DNA of 63,702 bases, filler included, from Stramenopiles sp. TOSAG23-6 (GCA_900128565.1; 7 parts of 7 records of this genome joined end to end with filler, not necessarily neighbours in it), one strand, 5' to 3'. Numbered from the whole stretch's first letter, positions 36,528 through 49,055 are shown. Made by a program: numbers and translations. The notes: generated from the sequence alone by a model not told the origin.

Positions 36528-38113
36528 TTCGAAATTTGTTAGGTACAAAATTTCGTACGAAAACCAAAAAAAAAAAAAAAATTGAAATTCATAATGAAAA
36601 CGTACTTCTTGATCTACTCAATCGTGGACTGATTCGTCTATCGGCTACACCTGTAGTAATATACGCTGAAGATGGTACAAATAAAATTCCCTGCCATACA
36701 CAAAATGAACTCAATGGTTCAGAGAATGTATTGTGAAAAAATATTTCAAAAAAATTCGTTAGGTACAAAATTTCGTACGAAAAATAAATTCGAAATTGAT
36801 AAAAAATAAAACGTACATATCGTCTGGCCTGGTATTGAAAATATGGATCAATTTCAACGCATTTATTACATATTTCTGTATATATTGCAATGATAGCGAT
36901 AGAGTGATCCGTGTGCCCATGTACTGTGAAAAGTATTTCAAAAATGTTTTTTGTTCGGTAAAAAAATAAATTCCAAAATTTAAATTCCAAAATTTAAATT
37001 GAAAAAAAATAAATTTGAAATTGGATGATGGAAACATACAGCTCTTCTCCTAATTCCAACGGCTTCCTCAAATTGCCATAATGCATTTATATCTTTAGGT
37101 TTAGTTATCAACACAGAATCTGCGTTTGCGTTTTTATCATGAATGTATTATGAAAAAATAGGACAGGACAAAATCATTAGGTACAATTTTTTTTACCAAA
37201 AAAAAAAAAAACAAAAAAAATTGAAATGAAATAATGAAATAATGAAAGAATACATATCCTGAACTCCAATGAGTTCATGCTCGTATGGATTTCCTATAGT
37301 ATCATTTTGCGTATAGTTTTCATCATCACTTCTATACGCATTATTACAAACTCGATTTCCGTCGATAAAACGACAAAGTTTCACATCAGGAGAAGGTAGT
37401 CCTATGCTATTTTCATTATGCTCAATATTTTCATCTTCAGTCATGAAGGTAGCTTGGCGTTGTAATCGATTACCATCAAGAGAATGGCTATTTGTGAATA
37501 CGTTGCTTGTAAATTTTTCCATCATTGATTTCAATTGTTGGTCATTATATCGTATATTATTTGGTCCATATATATTCTTTCCAAGGGGGAAACCACTCAA
37601 AACACCAGGAGTTTCTTCTCCAAGCCAGTTACGTGGCCTAATGTCAAAAAAACCATCACCGTCCTCGTCGTCATCAAAGATTTCCAGTCCAAGATCATCA
37701 CCTTCCTCGTACTCATTTCCCTCTGATTCTGCTAAATCATCATCTTCATCGAACTGGTATACAGCCATGGCAATTCGGCCTCCCAAGGGCCTCCCTGTGC
37801 TATCGATAATGGATGAGCACGCTGAGTCTGCTACTTCTTTGAGTTCTTCCAAGTTTCCAAATAAATTCCAACCACAATGTGATTCATTTCTCATGTTTTG
37901 TGGGTCATACAATACAAACTGCCAAGATCCTGCAGCATCTGCAGCGCGTTCACACTGCTCAAAACTGACAGGTTTTGGTGACCACGTGTGAACCACGTCA
38001 CCTTTAATAGAGAGGTCTTTAAAACAGCCCACAAAAGATGACGCTGCAGTAGCCGTGTAAAACCAAACACATAACATGCATAATCTTAGGATAGCATGAT
38101 AGTAAAACATCAT
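36528..38113 (-). CDS. Secreted hypothetical protein with WSC-like N-terminal domain; 3' exon structure uncertain
   Basis: Signal peptide, FVGCFKD...EQC...CG...C...GG..AMAVY pattern; several family introns downstream. Confidence 0.5.
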
Positions 38114-38457
38114 TGTATAACGTGTACCTAATCTATGTCACTACATTCAATTACGAAATCCATCGAAAATAAGTTGAATCTGTTTGCTTTTCTGTTGACA
38201 TCGATGCTATGTTTATTTCTAGCTAGAATCTCGAGTATCCTTGGAATGATTATTCAATGTTTGACACATCAACGGTCATTAATTTATTTTCATGAGGTAC
38301 GGGAAGTACCGGGTAACGTTCTTGTAATCCATTCAGCACGAAGCCGCTCTTGCAGGTAAGGTTCTAGCTAGACGGTTCGCGCTTGCGCTTGGCTTGTACA
38401 TAGAGGTGTATGAGCAAAATTTAAAAAACTATCAACTTCTGAATTTACCATAGAAAT

Positions 38458-39474
38458 ATGATTAACTTAACGAAAATTATTTTATTCGGACTATTTTGTC
38501 TTTTCGCCAAGCTTTTAAGGTCAGGTATTCAATACCGACTCTTGGGAAAACGTGCTTCGTTATTTTCTGGGAAACCTAATATCAATCAAAATGATCGACG
38601 AATTCAACCGAGAATTGACATTGTATTTGACCTAGATAATACTTTGATAGAGTCAACATACGCTGATCAATTGGAAGGAGAATTAGGATTCTATGCCGGG
38701 GGTTTACTTTCAAAAATTGATAAAAATAGTTCAATAACAAAAAATGAATCGGTTGGAATTCCTCGAAAAGAAAGTGAAACATATTTTAGACCAAATTTCC
38801 TACGTTTTACAATTAAGAAAGAGAAAACGAAAAGAGGCTCTCTGAAGAGGCCGAATAATGAACTTGTCGGTAGTGATTTTAATGAGGGAAAAATCAGTAA
38901 CTTCATTTCGATTATGCGTCCGGGTGTGGAAGACACTCTTAAAAAACTTTCCTACTTGGAAAATGTTCACTTCCACATATTCACAGCTTCTAAAAAAGAA
39001 TATGCTGATCAAATTATTGATAATTTGATACTTCCTTCTGTATCTGATGGGGTACATTTTGAAACAAGATCATACAGAACTGACCTTAAGATAGTTAAAT
39101 TTTCGGACGGGGGTATGGATGCTACCACAATTATTAAGAAAAAAGACCTCAGTTCTGTTAGAGAGAAAATAATGGCGAACTCGTTTAAGTTAGATCTTTT
39201 TGATTCTCCAGAGATATTGCCTCAAATAGGCTCTATGATATTGATCGATGATAACGATGGTTATGCGAGTCCAGGTCAAAATCTACTACCAATTGAACCT
39301 TTTTTGAAATTGAAACAAGGTGATGTAGGTCAATCTTTTGAATTCACTAAACTTGAAGAAAAAAAAGAAAGAAGTGTAATGGATAAATTGTATAAAGATG
39401 CTTTAATTGCAATAAGAACAATACGAGAGAGCGTCAGAGTAAAACGTCAACAAAAAAGGTTTTTAAGAAGGTGA
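38458..39474 (+). CDS. NIF/FCP1-like HAD phosphatase
   Basis: VFDLDNTLI, MRPGV, IFTASKKEYADQII, KKDLS, ILIDD motifs. Confidence 0.85.
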   Translation: MINLTKIILFGLFCLFAKLLRSGIQYRLLGKRASLFSGKPNINQNDRRIQPRIDIVFDLDNTLIESTYADQLEGELGFYAGGLLSKIDKNSSITKNESVGIPRKESETYFRPNFLRFTIKKEKTKRGSLKRPNNELVGSDFNEGKISNFISIMRPGVEDTLKKLSYLENVHFHIFTASKKEYADQIIDNLILPSVSDGVHFETRSYRTDLKIVKFSDGGMDATTIIKKKDLSSVREKIMANSFKLDLFDSPEILPQIGSMILIDDNDGYASPGQNLLPIEPFLKLKQGDVGQSFEFTKLEEKKERSVMDKLYKDALIAIRTIRESVRVKRQQKRFLRR

Positions 39475-39557
39475 TATTTATGACAATGTAAATAATATTA
39501 TAAAATTAGCGATTTTGTTGATGAAAACATTTATAAGATATGATTCACAACAATCGA

Positions 39558-41354
39558 TTATTCATTAGTTTTACCAAGCTCAGGTACAGCCGAGTAATTT
39601 GAAGCAACCAAACGCTGTCCAAGTGCACCATTTGGTAATTTCATTTTCCCAGGCAAAGGCGCATTAATCATATTATTTGACGTGGAATAAAGATGTCCAA
39701 GTGTTCCCTTTAATAAATTCGCGGTCTCAGGCAAAATTGGTACGCTCAAATTATCTGGTGTAACTAAATATTGTCCAAGTCTTCCTTTTGTTGATACTTT
39801 AGTTCTCTTATTAAGACTGTGCCTTGAACTTAACTCTTCTTTCTTCTTTTTTCTTCTTTTCCGATTATTATTTTTTCGACACAAAGAATGCCATTTATTT
39901 TTTACCATATTTTCACTTCTACCTGGGAGCAATCGAGCAATTTGACACCATTTGTTACCAATCTTACCTTGCTCTTTAAACATTATCGCTTCTTCTTCCT
40001 CGGTCCAAGGGCCTTTATTCAGGTCCGGATGTAAATGGTTAAACCAACGTTCGCGACCTGTACTGTGAAAAAATAGAATTTCGAAACTGGTCAAAAATAA
40101 TGTTACATTCAAAATTTTGGTACAAAAAACATAAATTTTGAATCGTAATGACAAAAAAAAACTTTTTTGTTTAGGTACAAAATTTCGTATGAAAAAAATA
40201 AATAAATTTGAAATGAATAATGAAAGCGTACATTGTTTTCCTAAACGACCGACTAAATTTTGAGCCACTTCAGCCCACTTAACATCTTTAGGTAGACGGT
40301 CTGTCATATACGAGCGTAGCAGTTCATCTTCAGATTTTGACCACGGGCCTTTGACAAGTCCAGGCTTTAGTACTATGTCTTGTGAAAAAATATTTTTTTT
40401 TAGTAAAAATATCTTGTTAGGTACGAAATTTGGTACGAAATTTGGTACGAAAAAAAGTAAAAAAATCATGATGAAAACGTACTTGTTCCAACGATGAAGA
40501 CACTGAACGCCTGTGCGTCCAGGCATCATTTTTGCCATTGCTTTCCAATTTTTACCACGATATTCCTTTACAATTATTCGAAGAGTATCATCCTCTTTTG
40601 CTGTCCAACGGGCTCCACTTACTTCGCCTGATTTCTTTTGCATATTTTTTCGAATTACTGTAAGCAAATCATCACCATTTGACTTTTTTTCATGATTAGA
40701 TTTGAAACTGTCAGGTACAGGTAATTGTGGTTCATAAGCTACTGCTACTGGTTGATGATGTTGTTGCGGAAATCCATTTAATTCACTATTACTTGTAGGA
40801 TGGGCAGCGTGCATCATTATATTCTCATAATATCCTGGACCGTGCTGTGGCGTCACCATACTTGGATTTGTATTAAGTTGCTGCATCATCATAGCTTGAT
40901 TTGGATTCATTCGATGCATATAATTAGCAGGAATGTTATTTGGATTGTGTACGAAGAAACCACCTGCTGGTATATAACTACCATATGGAGCGTGGATCCC
41001 TGTATGTGGTGAAGGCACGGCAGTATTTTCTGGCTGCATGTAAGGTGGATAATTTGACTGTGGGTGCATGTATTGTCCGTATACAGGCATCATTTGACTA
41101 GGGTTGTGGCCAATAAAATGATTAGGCATTGGATAATTTGCTTCTGGTTCCATACGAGACGTTAACATAATTTGTTCACGTTTACGTTGAAGCTCAGTGC
41201 CGGCTTTATGAAACTCCTGTGGATGTGGAAGAGAACCGGAACGAAAATCAGCTGGTACTATCTCGCTTGGTTCAATCCCGTCGAGTGGAATTGTTTTCTT
41301 TGGTTCGGTTTTATCACACGCATGCAATGAAGCATCATCGGTAGGAGTCGTCAT
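39558..41354 (-). CDS. R1R2R3 (3R) Myb transcription factor, introns 40375-40482 (GT-AT) and 40058-40231 (GT-AG)
   Basis: WTAKED...QCLHRWN|KVLKPGLVKGPWS...GRLGKQ|CRERWFNHLHP...WTEEEE...GRSENMVKNKW. Confidence 0.92.
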   Translation of the reverse strand: MTTPTDDASLHACDKTEPKKTIPLDGIEPSEIVPADFRSGSLPHPQEFHKAGTELQRKREQIMLTSRMEPEANYPMPNHFIGHNPSQMMPVYGQYMHPQSNYPPYMQPENTAVPSPHTGIHAPYGSYIPAGGFFVHNPNNIPANYMHRMNPNQAMMMQQLNTNPSMVTPQHGPGYYENIMMHAAHPTSNSELNGFPQQHHQPVAVAYEPQLPVPDSFKSNHEKKSNGDDLLTVIRKNMQKKSGEVSGARWTAKEDDTLRIIVKEYRGKNWKAMAKMMPGRTGVQCLHRWNKYVFIMIFLLFFVPNFVPNFVPNKIFLLKKNIFSQDIVLKPGLVKGPWSKSEDELLRSYMTDRLPKDVKWAEVAQNLVGRLGKQCTLSLFISNLFIFFIRNFVPKQKSFFLSLRFKIYVFCTKILNVTLFLTSFEILFFHSTGRERWFNHLHPDLNKGPWTEEEEAIMFKEQGKIGNKWCQIARLLPGRSENMVKNKWHSLCRKNNNRKRRKKKKEELSSRHSLNKRTKVSTKGRLGQYLVTPDNLSVPILPETANLLKGTLGHLYSTSNNMINAPLPGKMKLPNGALGQRLVASNYSAVPELGKTNE

Positions 41355-41758
41355 ATTTTTATGTGGTAATCCAATTCTAATTCACTCCAGGGAATAAAGC
41401 GTTGGAGAAGTATAACGGATTGTTCCCCCCACTCGTAACTCTCGTAACTCTCTACTTTATGGCTTCCGTTTCTATAACTCTCGCATTACGTGGCTCCTCT
41501 CACTCCACGTACCAATTTTTCCTACCTAAGCTGCGAATTTTACAAGTGTACCATTTTTTCCATACTAAAAAACTCGATTAAATTCTAAATTCAGAAGATA
41601 TTTTTTTAGGCCCTAAAATGATATTTGCCGTTTCATTACAATGAAATTGTTGTGTACTGATATCTATTTTGGTTGCAGTTGACATCTTTTTGAGTATACA
41701 AAAAAAAGAAGGCGTTACGCGCGGCATTTACAGTATAAATCATTACAACAATAGTATA

Positions 41759-42966
41759 ATGGCTAATGCAACATCAGGATCATATTCATTTGCGGCAGAT
41801 CCACGTGCAGTGGCTCCTCGCGGGACCAAATACAGAAAACAACAAAACCAATCCCCAACGACATTTGAAGATGAACTTTCAGAGGCACCCGGTAATATTA
41901 TGTATGATCCTCGGGTTGTAAGAGGAAGTACAATAAGCACTAGTGCTGGTAGGTATGTTGAGGGTCCGCAAACGAACTCGCTTCGGCGACGTAATAAATT
42001 ATCATCAAACCGTCACGAGCGAGTTGTTGAGCGAGCTGTTACACCCCGAGCAGTTCAAGGTAGAACTCACATAGACTGTCAAACTGATGATTATTTGGAA
42101 GAGTTAACCGATAGACCACCAGAGAGCGATATGCAAACACAAACTGATATAATGAAAGACAGGCCTCCATCACCATTATTTATGCCGGTAAAAAGTGGAA
42201 TTGATAAAGCAACCCAAATTGACAACGGTGATCTATTTGATTTCAATGTCGAAGTTGAACCCATTCTAGAAGTATTATTAGGTAAAACATTGGAACAAGG
42301 AATGGACGAAGTTCTTGAAGAAGAAGAATTGGCAAATATACGCGCACACAAAGACCGATTTGAACAATTAAGAAATTCGAAATTGGCAGAAGTGCAGCGG
42401 CTCGAAGCCGAAGCAAAAAGGCGCGAAGAAGAAAAGACGAGGAGGTTTGAGCAAGAAAAGACTCGACTGGAACAGGAAGAAGAAGTTATGGAGAAAGTCG
42501 CAGCAAGAGGATTTGCAAAGCATTTTCTCTCTGATCTTCACGACTCTGTATTTGATAATCTTATGGAAGAGGGTTACTTTCATGTATGTTTTCATCATTC
42601 ATTTTAAATTTCAAATGTATTGTTCAATTGTTCAATTGTATTGTTCAATTTTTATTTGTACCTCATCAAAAGTTTATATAATTTCAATTGTCGTCATACA
42701 CTTAACAAATTTAAAATTTCAAATATTTTTTTACACTACATGACCCAGTCTCGCAGGAGATAGAAGCGGATTTTATACCTTGGCTTCATGATGCCGTAGC
42801 TGAGAAAGTTGATAAACGAAAACTTGCCCGTCGATTAGCTGACGTTTTACTCACAAACATGTTTTCTACGATTCCAGAAAAAATGGAAAAAGCCAAAAAA
42901 CTAGATGAATTAAGAATAGAAATGATCGAAAATAATGGTGATCAAGAAGAAGTACCAGTGGCGTAG
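41759..42966 (+). CDS. RSPH3: Radial spoke protein 3, intron 42584-42741 (GT-AT)
   Basis: NIMYDPRVVRGST, GRTHIDCQTDDYLEELTD, DRPPSPLFMP.KSG.D.ATQI..GDLFDF, GYFH|DPV. Confidence 0.93.
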
Positions 42967-43190
42967 ATACCTTCTTTTATTATTGAAAATTAACAACTCC
43001 AATAAATATAGAAGTAGAATTATTAGAACTTTTCTTTTACTTTTAAAAAACGTTTCTTGAAAAAAATTGTATAGGTACAGATTTTTTTACAAAACAAATA
43101 CAATCTCCAAAAAAAATCATAATTTTTATTCATACAAACTAAAATATTTCTAATTTTAATCAGTTATATCATAATTTCAGTACTACTCTT

Positions 43191-44366
43191 TTATTTTTTC
43201 TTCTTGTTAGAGATCATGGACAACCTATTCTGAGCCGCTTCAACGATTTCTTCAGCATGCTTCACATCAGTATTCGCTTGAGCTCTTGCACTCTCGCTAA
43301 GTCCAAGAGTTTGAATATAATCTTGATAATCTCGTTCTTCAAATAATCCTTCCGAGAAACCTTGGTCTAGAGCATTTTGAGCAATTGTATAAGATTCCTC
43401 GTCGGGTTTCATCTTACGTCCAGAGACTTCAAAATAAAGAAGAGCGTTTTCCCATTCTTTTGATTTTGCACAAGCGACCATTAAATTTTTATACGTTTCT
43501 TGTTTTGCAATATATCCACATTGAAGTAACTTTTCGAACGTTACTCGGGCACCTACAGCATCGCCAAGCATAGCATATGCCTTTAACGCATTGTCACACG
43601 CTTTTTGGCTTGGTCTGAATTTGAGAAGAAGCATTGAGTCCACGACTTGTTGGACTTGTTTCCATTTAGCAGAAGTAGTGTAACATTCAATCATATAATT
43701 ATACGTTTGTTTATCAGGCCATATAGAAATATCAGTCATACTTTGAAGAACTTCTTCTGCTCGGTCATCAGCACCATCTTTAGCACATGCTTTCATACAA
43801 TGATTAAAACTTCGAATATTCAGATCTACTTTCTTCTCTTCCATTATCTGTAACAAGGATAAAGCATCACTACTATTACCAGTTGAAGAATAAGCCCACA
43901 AAACAACGTTGTATGCACCACCGTCCGCCTTATCTTCATCGCTTAAACCATCAAATATTTTGAGTCCTTTTACTATGTCGCCAGCACGAAAATATGCCCG
44001 CATAGCTCCAACCTTTGTCTGAAGGTCAGGCTTTATCACTTTGGATAAAATTTCAGGAATCGCTGACGCATCTTTCACTCTACCGAACTCGCGAAAGAGA
44101 CTAGTTGCTAGTTTGTTGTCTAAATTTGAACTATTTGCAAGAATTTTCTTGACAATTGGTGCCAACTCAGTAGCAGTTTTTACGTTGTTTGCTCCCGTAG
44201 CAGCAACGCAGCTTCGAAGTTCCCAGATGGAAGACATGGGATGTGAAGTACAACGATGGTTTTCCCAAGCACTCACTTGAGTTGCTGCAACTTTTCTTGC
44301 CACTGCAGAAGAAGCATAACGAACCTGTGTAGGTGTAGGCAATATACATTTGATGATGTGAGCCAT
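43191..44366 (-). CDS. Pentatricopeptide-repeat protein, likely mitochondrial
   Basis: 35-aa repeats (YNVVLWAYS, FNHCMKACAK, YNYMIECY); transit-peptide-like N-terminus. Confidence 0.85.
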   Translation of the reverse strand: MAHIIKCILPTPTQVRYASSAVARKVAATQVSAWENHRCTSHPMSSIWELRSCVAATGANNVKTATELAPIVKKILANSSNLDNKLATSLFREFGRVKDASAIPEILSKVIKPDLQTKVGAMRAYFRAGDIVKGLKIFDGLSDEDKADGGAYNVVLWAYSSTGNSSDALSLLQIMEEKKVDLNIRSFNHCMKACAKDGADDRAEEVLQSMTDISIWPDKQTYNYMIECYTTSAKWKQVQQVVDSMLLLKFRPSQKACDNALKAYAMLGDAVGARVTFEKLLQCGYIAKQETYKNLMVACAKSKEWENALLYFEVSGRKMKPDEESYTIAQNALDQGFSEGLFEERDYQDYIQTLGLSESARAQANTDVKHAEEIVEAAQNRLSMISNKKKK

Positions 44367-44649
44367 AATCTATCTCAATGATAAAATTTGCCTATAAAAA
44401 ATTGCTTATACTGCCACAAGAGTGTTGTCTGACTTCTCGACTTAGCACCGTGGCACGTGTCTTTGTGCGTAAAGCAGGTTTGTTCCTTTTTTTACGGTTA
44501 CAACTCTCATAGATACTTCTCATATAAAACTACATGTTAATAATCCAACTTTGTAGCCTAACTTTTTAATTTCAATTAATAAATCGGATAATATTGAACA
44601 ACATATTGGAAATCCAAGTAACTGGGACAATATTTTCAGATAGAATAAA

Positions 44650-45528
44650 ATGTACCAATCAACTGAGGATCGAACAGGCGTAATAATTGATAATGGATCG
44701 AGTTCAATCAAGGCAGGCTTTACTGGTGATGCTGCTCCACGCTCATACTTTCCATCAGTAATAGGCAGCTCCAAACACGCTGGTATTATGATTGCAACTG
44801 GTAGTAAAGGTTCATATGCAGGTGAAGAGGCACAATCGAAGCGAGGCACTCTTGATATGAAAAATGCAATACAAGGAGGTTTGGTATCTAATTGGGATGA
44901 TATTGAAAAATTATGGCATTATACTTTTTTTGAAGCCCTTCAAGTTCCACCTGAAGCAAACCCTGTATTGATGACTGATAGTCCAGATAATTCTAAACCA
45001 AATCGAGAGAAAATGGTAGACGTTTTATTTGAAACATTTAATACTCCAGCAACGTATATTAGCACACAAGCTGTTCTTGCTCTCTATGCTTCCGGCAGAA
45101 CAACAGGCTGTGTTCTAGATTATGGACACGGCTCAGCGCATACCGTGCCAATATTTGAAGGTTACGCATTACCTCATAATATACATAAGGAATGTGTTGT
45201 TGGATCGGACATTACAGCATCTTTACATGATTTGCTTCTAAAGAAGGGCTATGAACTGACAACACTTGCCGAGAAAGAAGTGGTTGTAGAGTTGAAAGAA
45301 AGAATGACTTATTTGGCTTTAGACTATGAACGCGAGTTGTACGCATCGAAGAACGATGTAAACATCAAAGATGTCAAATTTGATCTTCCTGATGGAAGTA
45401 AGTTATATATCGGATCTGAGAGATTTGAGTGTACTGAGGCATTGTTTGACCCATCCAAATTGGGCAAAGATGGGAGTGGTATGTATGTTTTATTTTTTTT
45501 CAAATTCGATTTTTTTTCGTACGAAATT
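44650..45528 (+). CDS. Divergent actin / actin-related protein, truncated
   Basis: [47 protein letters not shown]. Confidence 0.88.
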
Positions 45529-45628
45529 NNNNNNNNNNNNNNNNNNNNNNNNNNNNNNNNNNNNNNNNNNNNTTAATTAATTAANNNNNNNNNNNNNNNN
45601 NNNNNNNNNNNNNNNNNNNNNNNNNNNN

Positions 45629-46370
45629 TGGAAAAATATTTCAAAAAAAATTTGTTAGGTACAAAATTTCGTACGAAAAAAAATTTCGAATTTGAAAAAA
45701 AATAAAACGTACATGAATTCCCGTCCGCTGGATCAACTCGCGTCTTCACGCCGACCCAAATACCTTCTTCTGTTTCAACCAATTCCCGTGAAACGCATTT
45801 CTCAGTAGCAACGTTGGTGACAGGTTTTAGAGTAGAAGACACGGAAGAGTACATTGACTTGAAGTTCAAAGGTGATTTCGAATTACGTCTATTTTCATCC
45901 GAGTTACATTTATTTTCGTCCATTGAATCATACTTCTTTTGATTATCACAAGGATTCGCAAGATGTTTAGGAAAACGTGACTTCATATGTGACATAATTA
46001 GCTCTCTAGTCTGAGAACTTGGCAAACGAATACTCGTCATATGAACCAACTTACGTTCAAAGTAACCAATGTATTCAACGAAAACAGCTGACGCATCAAT
46101 ACTAATAATGACTGCGGGGTACCACATTCCATCCTTTTCATACCATGCTTCGCACATTTCCCCATATTTCCAAACATGAGACATTGTAGGATTCGGAAGT
46201 GGTGGTAGTGGTGGTGGTGGAGGGCAATCAGTTGAGCCTGGTCTCCATGTGTATTGAGGTCGATAATTTGGTTGGTTGTTACTCACTATTTCTTCTGGTT
46301 CAAGTAGATTAGTAAATTGTGATGGAGGAAAAATCTGGAAACCTCCAGCAAATGCTCTAAATGTATCCAT
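45629..46370 (-). CDS. Tudor (SMN/SPF30-like) domain protein, truncated
   Basis: WKYGEMCEAWYEKDGMWYPAVI...VEYIGYFE. Confidence 0.75.
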
Positions 46371-46656
46371 CTAATCCCTTGAATTTAATAAATGTTTGTA
46401 GTAGTATCAAGGTCGATCTCAAGACAAGAGTGGCCAAGCAAGCTGCAAGTCCCGACTCAAGGCAAGACTTGTCAGTCAAGTCGTAAAAGCGAAAGAAAGT
46501 GCCACGTGGCATGTCATCAAAGCAGCAGTTACATCGCGAACTCCTCTCCCCTTGCCTTGCAAGAGCAAGCAAGAAGACTAATACATATTATATATCAACA
46601 TTGATAGAATAAGTAGTGAACAAAATGTCTTAGAAATACCTTGTTAGCAGTAAAAA

Positions 46657-48927
46657 ATGAGCACCAGAGATTTATCTGAATCGCTATCAAAAGTTGAAGA
46701 AGACACTGATGAAGAAATCAAGACTGGTGACAATACTGAAATATCAAATGAAGAAGAGAACGAAGCTGAAGCTGAGGACCTTGAGAACGAAGCTGAAGCT
46801 GAGGACTTTGAGAACGAAGCTGAAGCTGAGGACTTTGAGAACGAAGCTGAAGCTGAGGACCTTGAGAACGACGATCACGAAAGTATAGACTATAATAGTG
46901 GGGCCTACATAGCTCACAAGACAAAGGTTGTATTAGATGAAACAAAAATTCCTCCTTTGCAATTTCGAAGGTGTAGGTGGTCAAGTGATGTGCCACCAAA
47001 ACTTTTCTTTCCATACCCACCTGTACTTGTTGAACTAGGCTGCGAAACAAGACCAGATAAAGCTCAACGATGTAGCGCCACCGGTGGTTCCTTGACATCG
47101 CCTGTTGGTGTCATTGCGCCAGTTCCACCAAAAAAAGATGACGGGGAAATACAAACTGAGCCTGATAGAAAACAAAAAGGAATAATGATGAAATATTGGT
47201 GTCACTGGGAACGAAATGCAGTAAAAAGGGCATTTTACTACGCTGGTTTAGTTCGAACGAAAGATAAGCGAAAAGCAAGTATTCTTTGGTGTAAACATAT
47301 GAAATCGGCAACATTTCGAAAACAAGTAAACAGACCATGGCAAAAAATCAATCATATTCCTGGCACCTGGCAAATGGGTCGTAAAGACTGTCTTGCTCGT
47401 TCTGTGATGAATTTTCGTCATAAATTTGGAAAAATCTTTAATATCCATCCTCAATCTTATGTGTACCCGAGAGATTCCAAAGAGTTCTGTCGTGCAGTGA
47501 AGGATTTCAAGGAATTCAAATATGTCATAAAGAAACCAGCAGCATCCTCTCGTGGTAGAGGAATAAAAGTGTTAACTGCCAAAACTGCGGTTAGTCTCGT
47601 CAAGAAAATGGATACTAAAAATAAGAAAACAAAACAATATATTTTTCAGGAATATATTGCACGTCCTTTTCTCATCAACAATCTAAAGTTCGACTTACGT
47701 GTCTATGTTCTTTGTACTTCTTTTGACCCACTCACCATTTATTTATTTGACGATGGTTTAGTCAGATTTTGTACGAAGCCATATAAATTATCTGGATCTA
47801 GTATAAAGCATAAATATGGACACCTTACTAACTATTCACTAAATAAAAAAAGCGAAGTATTTCAAGAAAATATTACAGGTAGTATTGATGAAATGCAAGG
47901 CCACAAGTGGGGTTTAAAAGGACTATGGAAATATTTCAAAGAAAATGATATTGACACAAATACAGTAAAACAAGATATTGAAGACGTTATTGTAAAGACA
48001 TTCATTTGTATAGAAGATCACGTGAATTCTCAGATAGTTCGTATGATAAATAAGAAATGTGCTGCTTCGTGTTTTGAGCTCTTTGGATTTGATTTAATGT
48101 TAGATTCAGATCTAAAACCATGGTTAATTGAGGTGAATATCTCGCCGTCCCTCATGGGAAATTCGCCAATGGACGAACGAATTAAAGGAACTTTAATTTC
48201 TGATACACTTCATTTAATTGGTATAACAAAGCCCGAAAAATATGATAAAAAACAAAAAGAAAAATTATCTAAACAATCTACTATTGCAAGCAAAGCGAAT
48301 GCTGCATCAGCAACTCGGCGAGATTGGGTCCTTCGGAAAGCTCGGATTGGTGCTGTTCCAAAACTACCATCTGCAACAAGCCATGGGCGATCGAAAAAAA
48401 CATTTAATTCGTCAAGAGAAAGACCAAATAGAATATCTATAAAACAGCTTGAAGCAACACCTATGGAACATATCGCAAAAGGTGATATGAAGAAAATTTT
48501 AGAGATAGAGGATGAATTGTCGAGAAGAGGCCATTTCCATCGCATATATCCTACACATAGTCGATGTAAAACATTATCTAAATATTTCACTGCGCAACGG
48601 TATAATAATATTTTGATAGCAAAATGGCTCGAATACTGTGATGTACATAAACGTAATAGTGTCCAAAGAATGGCTCGTCAGATGTCTGCAAGACGGAAGA
48701 AAAAGGAAAAGCAAGAGAAGCAAAAAAAACAAAGAAAACAAATAAACAAAATCGTAAAGAATACAGAGGAATATATGCCTCTGTCTATCACTACAACATG
48801 TAATAGCATGGCTACACATAAAACAAACAATGTCACGGAATCGTCGGATTTCATTGTTACTCAACCCTCTTTTAATAGTCAACATAGTCCTTATGGACTT
48901 GCAATTCGTTCTCTTGCGAGAATGTAG
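46657..48927 (+). CDS. Tubulin polyglutamylase (TTLL4/5-like)
   Basis: KINHIPGT..MGRKD, KPAASSRGRGI, QEYIARP, KFDLRVYV, HLTNYSLNK, FELFGFD, PWLIEVNISPSL; 27-bp acidic repeat x4 near 46753-46871. Confidence 0.9.
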   Translation: MSTRDLSESLSKVEEDTDEEIKTGDNTEISNEEENEAEAEDLENEAEAEDFENEAEAEDFENEAEAEDLENDDHESIDYNSGAYIAHKTKVVLDETKIPPLQFRRCRWSSDVPPKLFFPYPPVLVELGCETRPDKAQRCSATGGSLTSPVGVIAPVPPKKDDGEIQTEPDRKQKGIMMKYWCHWERNAVKRAFYYAGLVRTKDKRKASILWCKHMKSATFRKQVNRPWQKINHIPGTWQMGRKDCLARSVMNFRHKFGKIFNIHPQSYVYPRDSKEFCRAVKDFKEFKYVIKKPAASSRGRGIKVLTAKTAVSLVKKMDTKNKKTKQYIFQEYIARPFLINNLKFDLRVYVLCTSFDPLTIYLFDDGLVRFCTKPYKLSGSSIKHKYGHLTNYSLNKKSEVFQENITGSIDEMQGHKWGLKGLWKYFKENDIDTNTVKQDIEDVIVKTFICIEDHVNSQIVRMINKKCAASCFELFGFDLMLDSDLKPWLIEVNISPSLMGNSPMDERIKGTLISDTLHLIGITKPEKYDKKQKEKLSKQSTIASKANAASATRRDWVLRKARIGAVPKLPSATSHGRSKKTFNSSRERPNRISIKQLEATPMEHIAKGDMKKILEIEDELSRRGHFHRIYPTHSRCKTLSKYFTAQRYNNILIAKWLEYCDVHKRNSVQRMARQMSARRKKKEKQEKQKKQRKQINKIVKNTEEYMPLSITTTCNSMATHKTNNVTESSDFIVTQPSFNSQHSPYGLAIRSLARM

Positions 48928-49055
48928 CATATAATAATGTAAAATAAATGAATTTTGCTTTTGATTTTCAAGTTAAATTGTAAAATGAATGAATTTTGTT
49001 TTCAATTTCAAATTTATTTTTTTTTATACGAAATTGTATACCTAACAAAAAGTAT

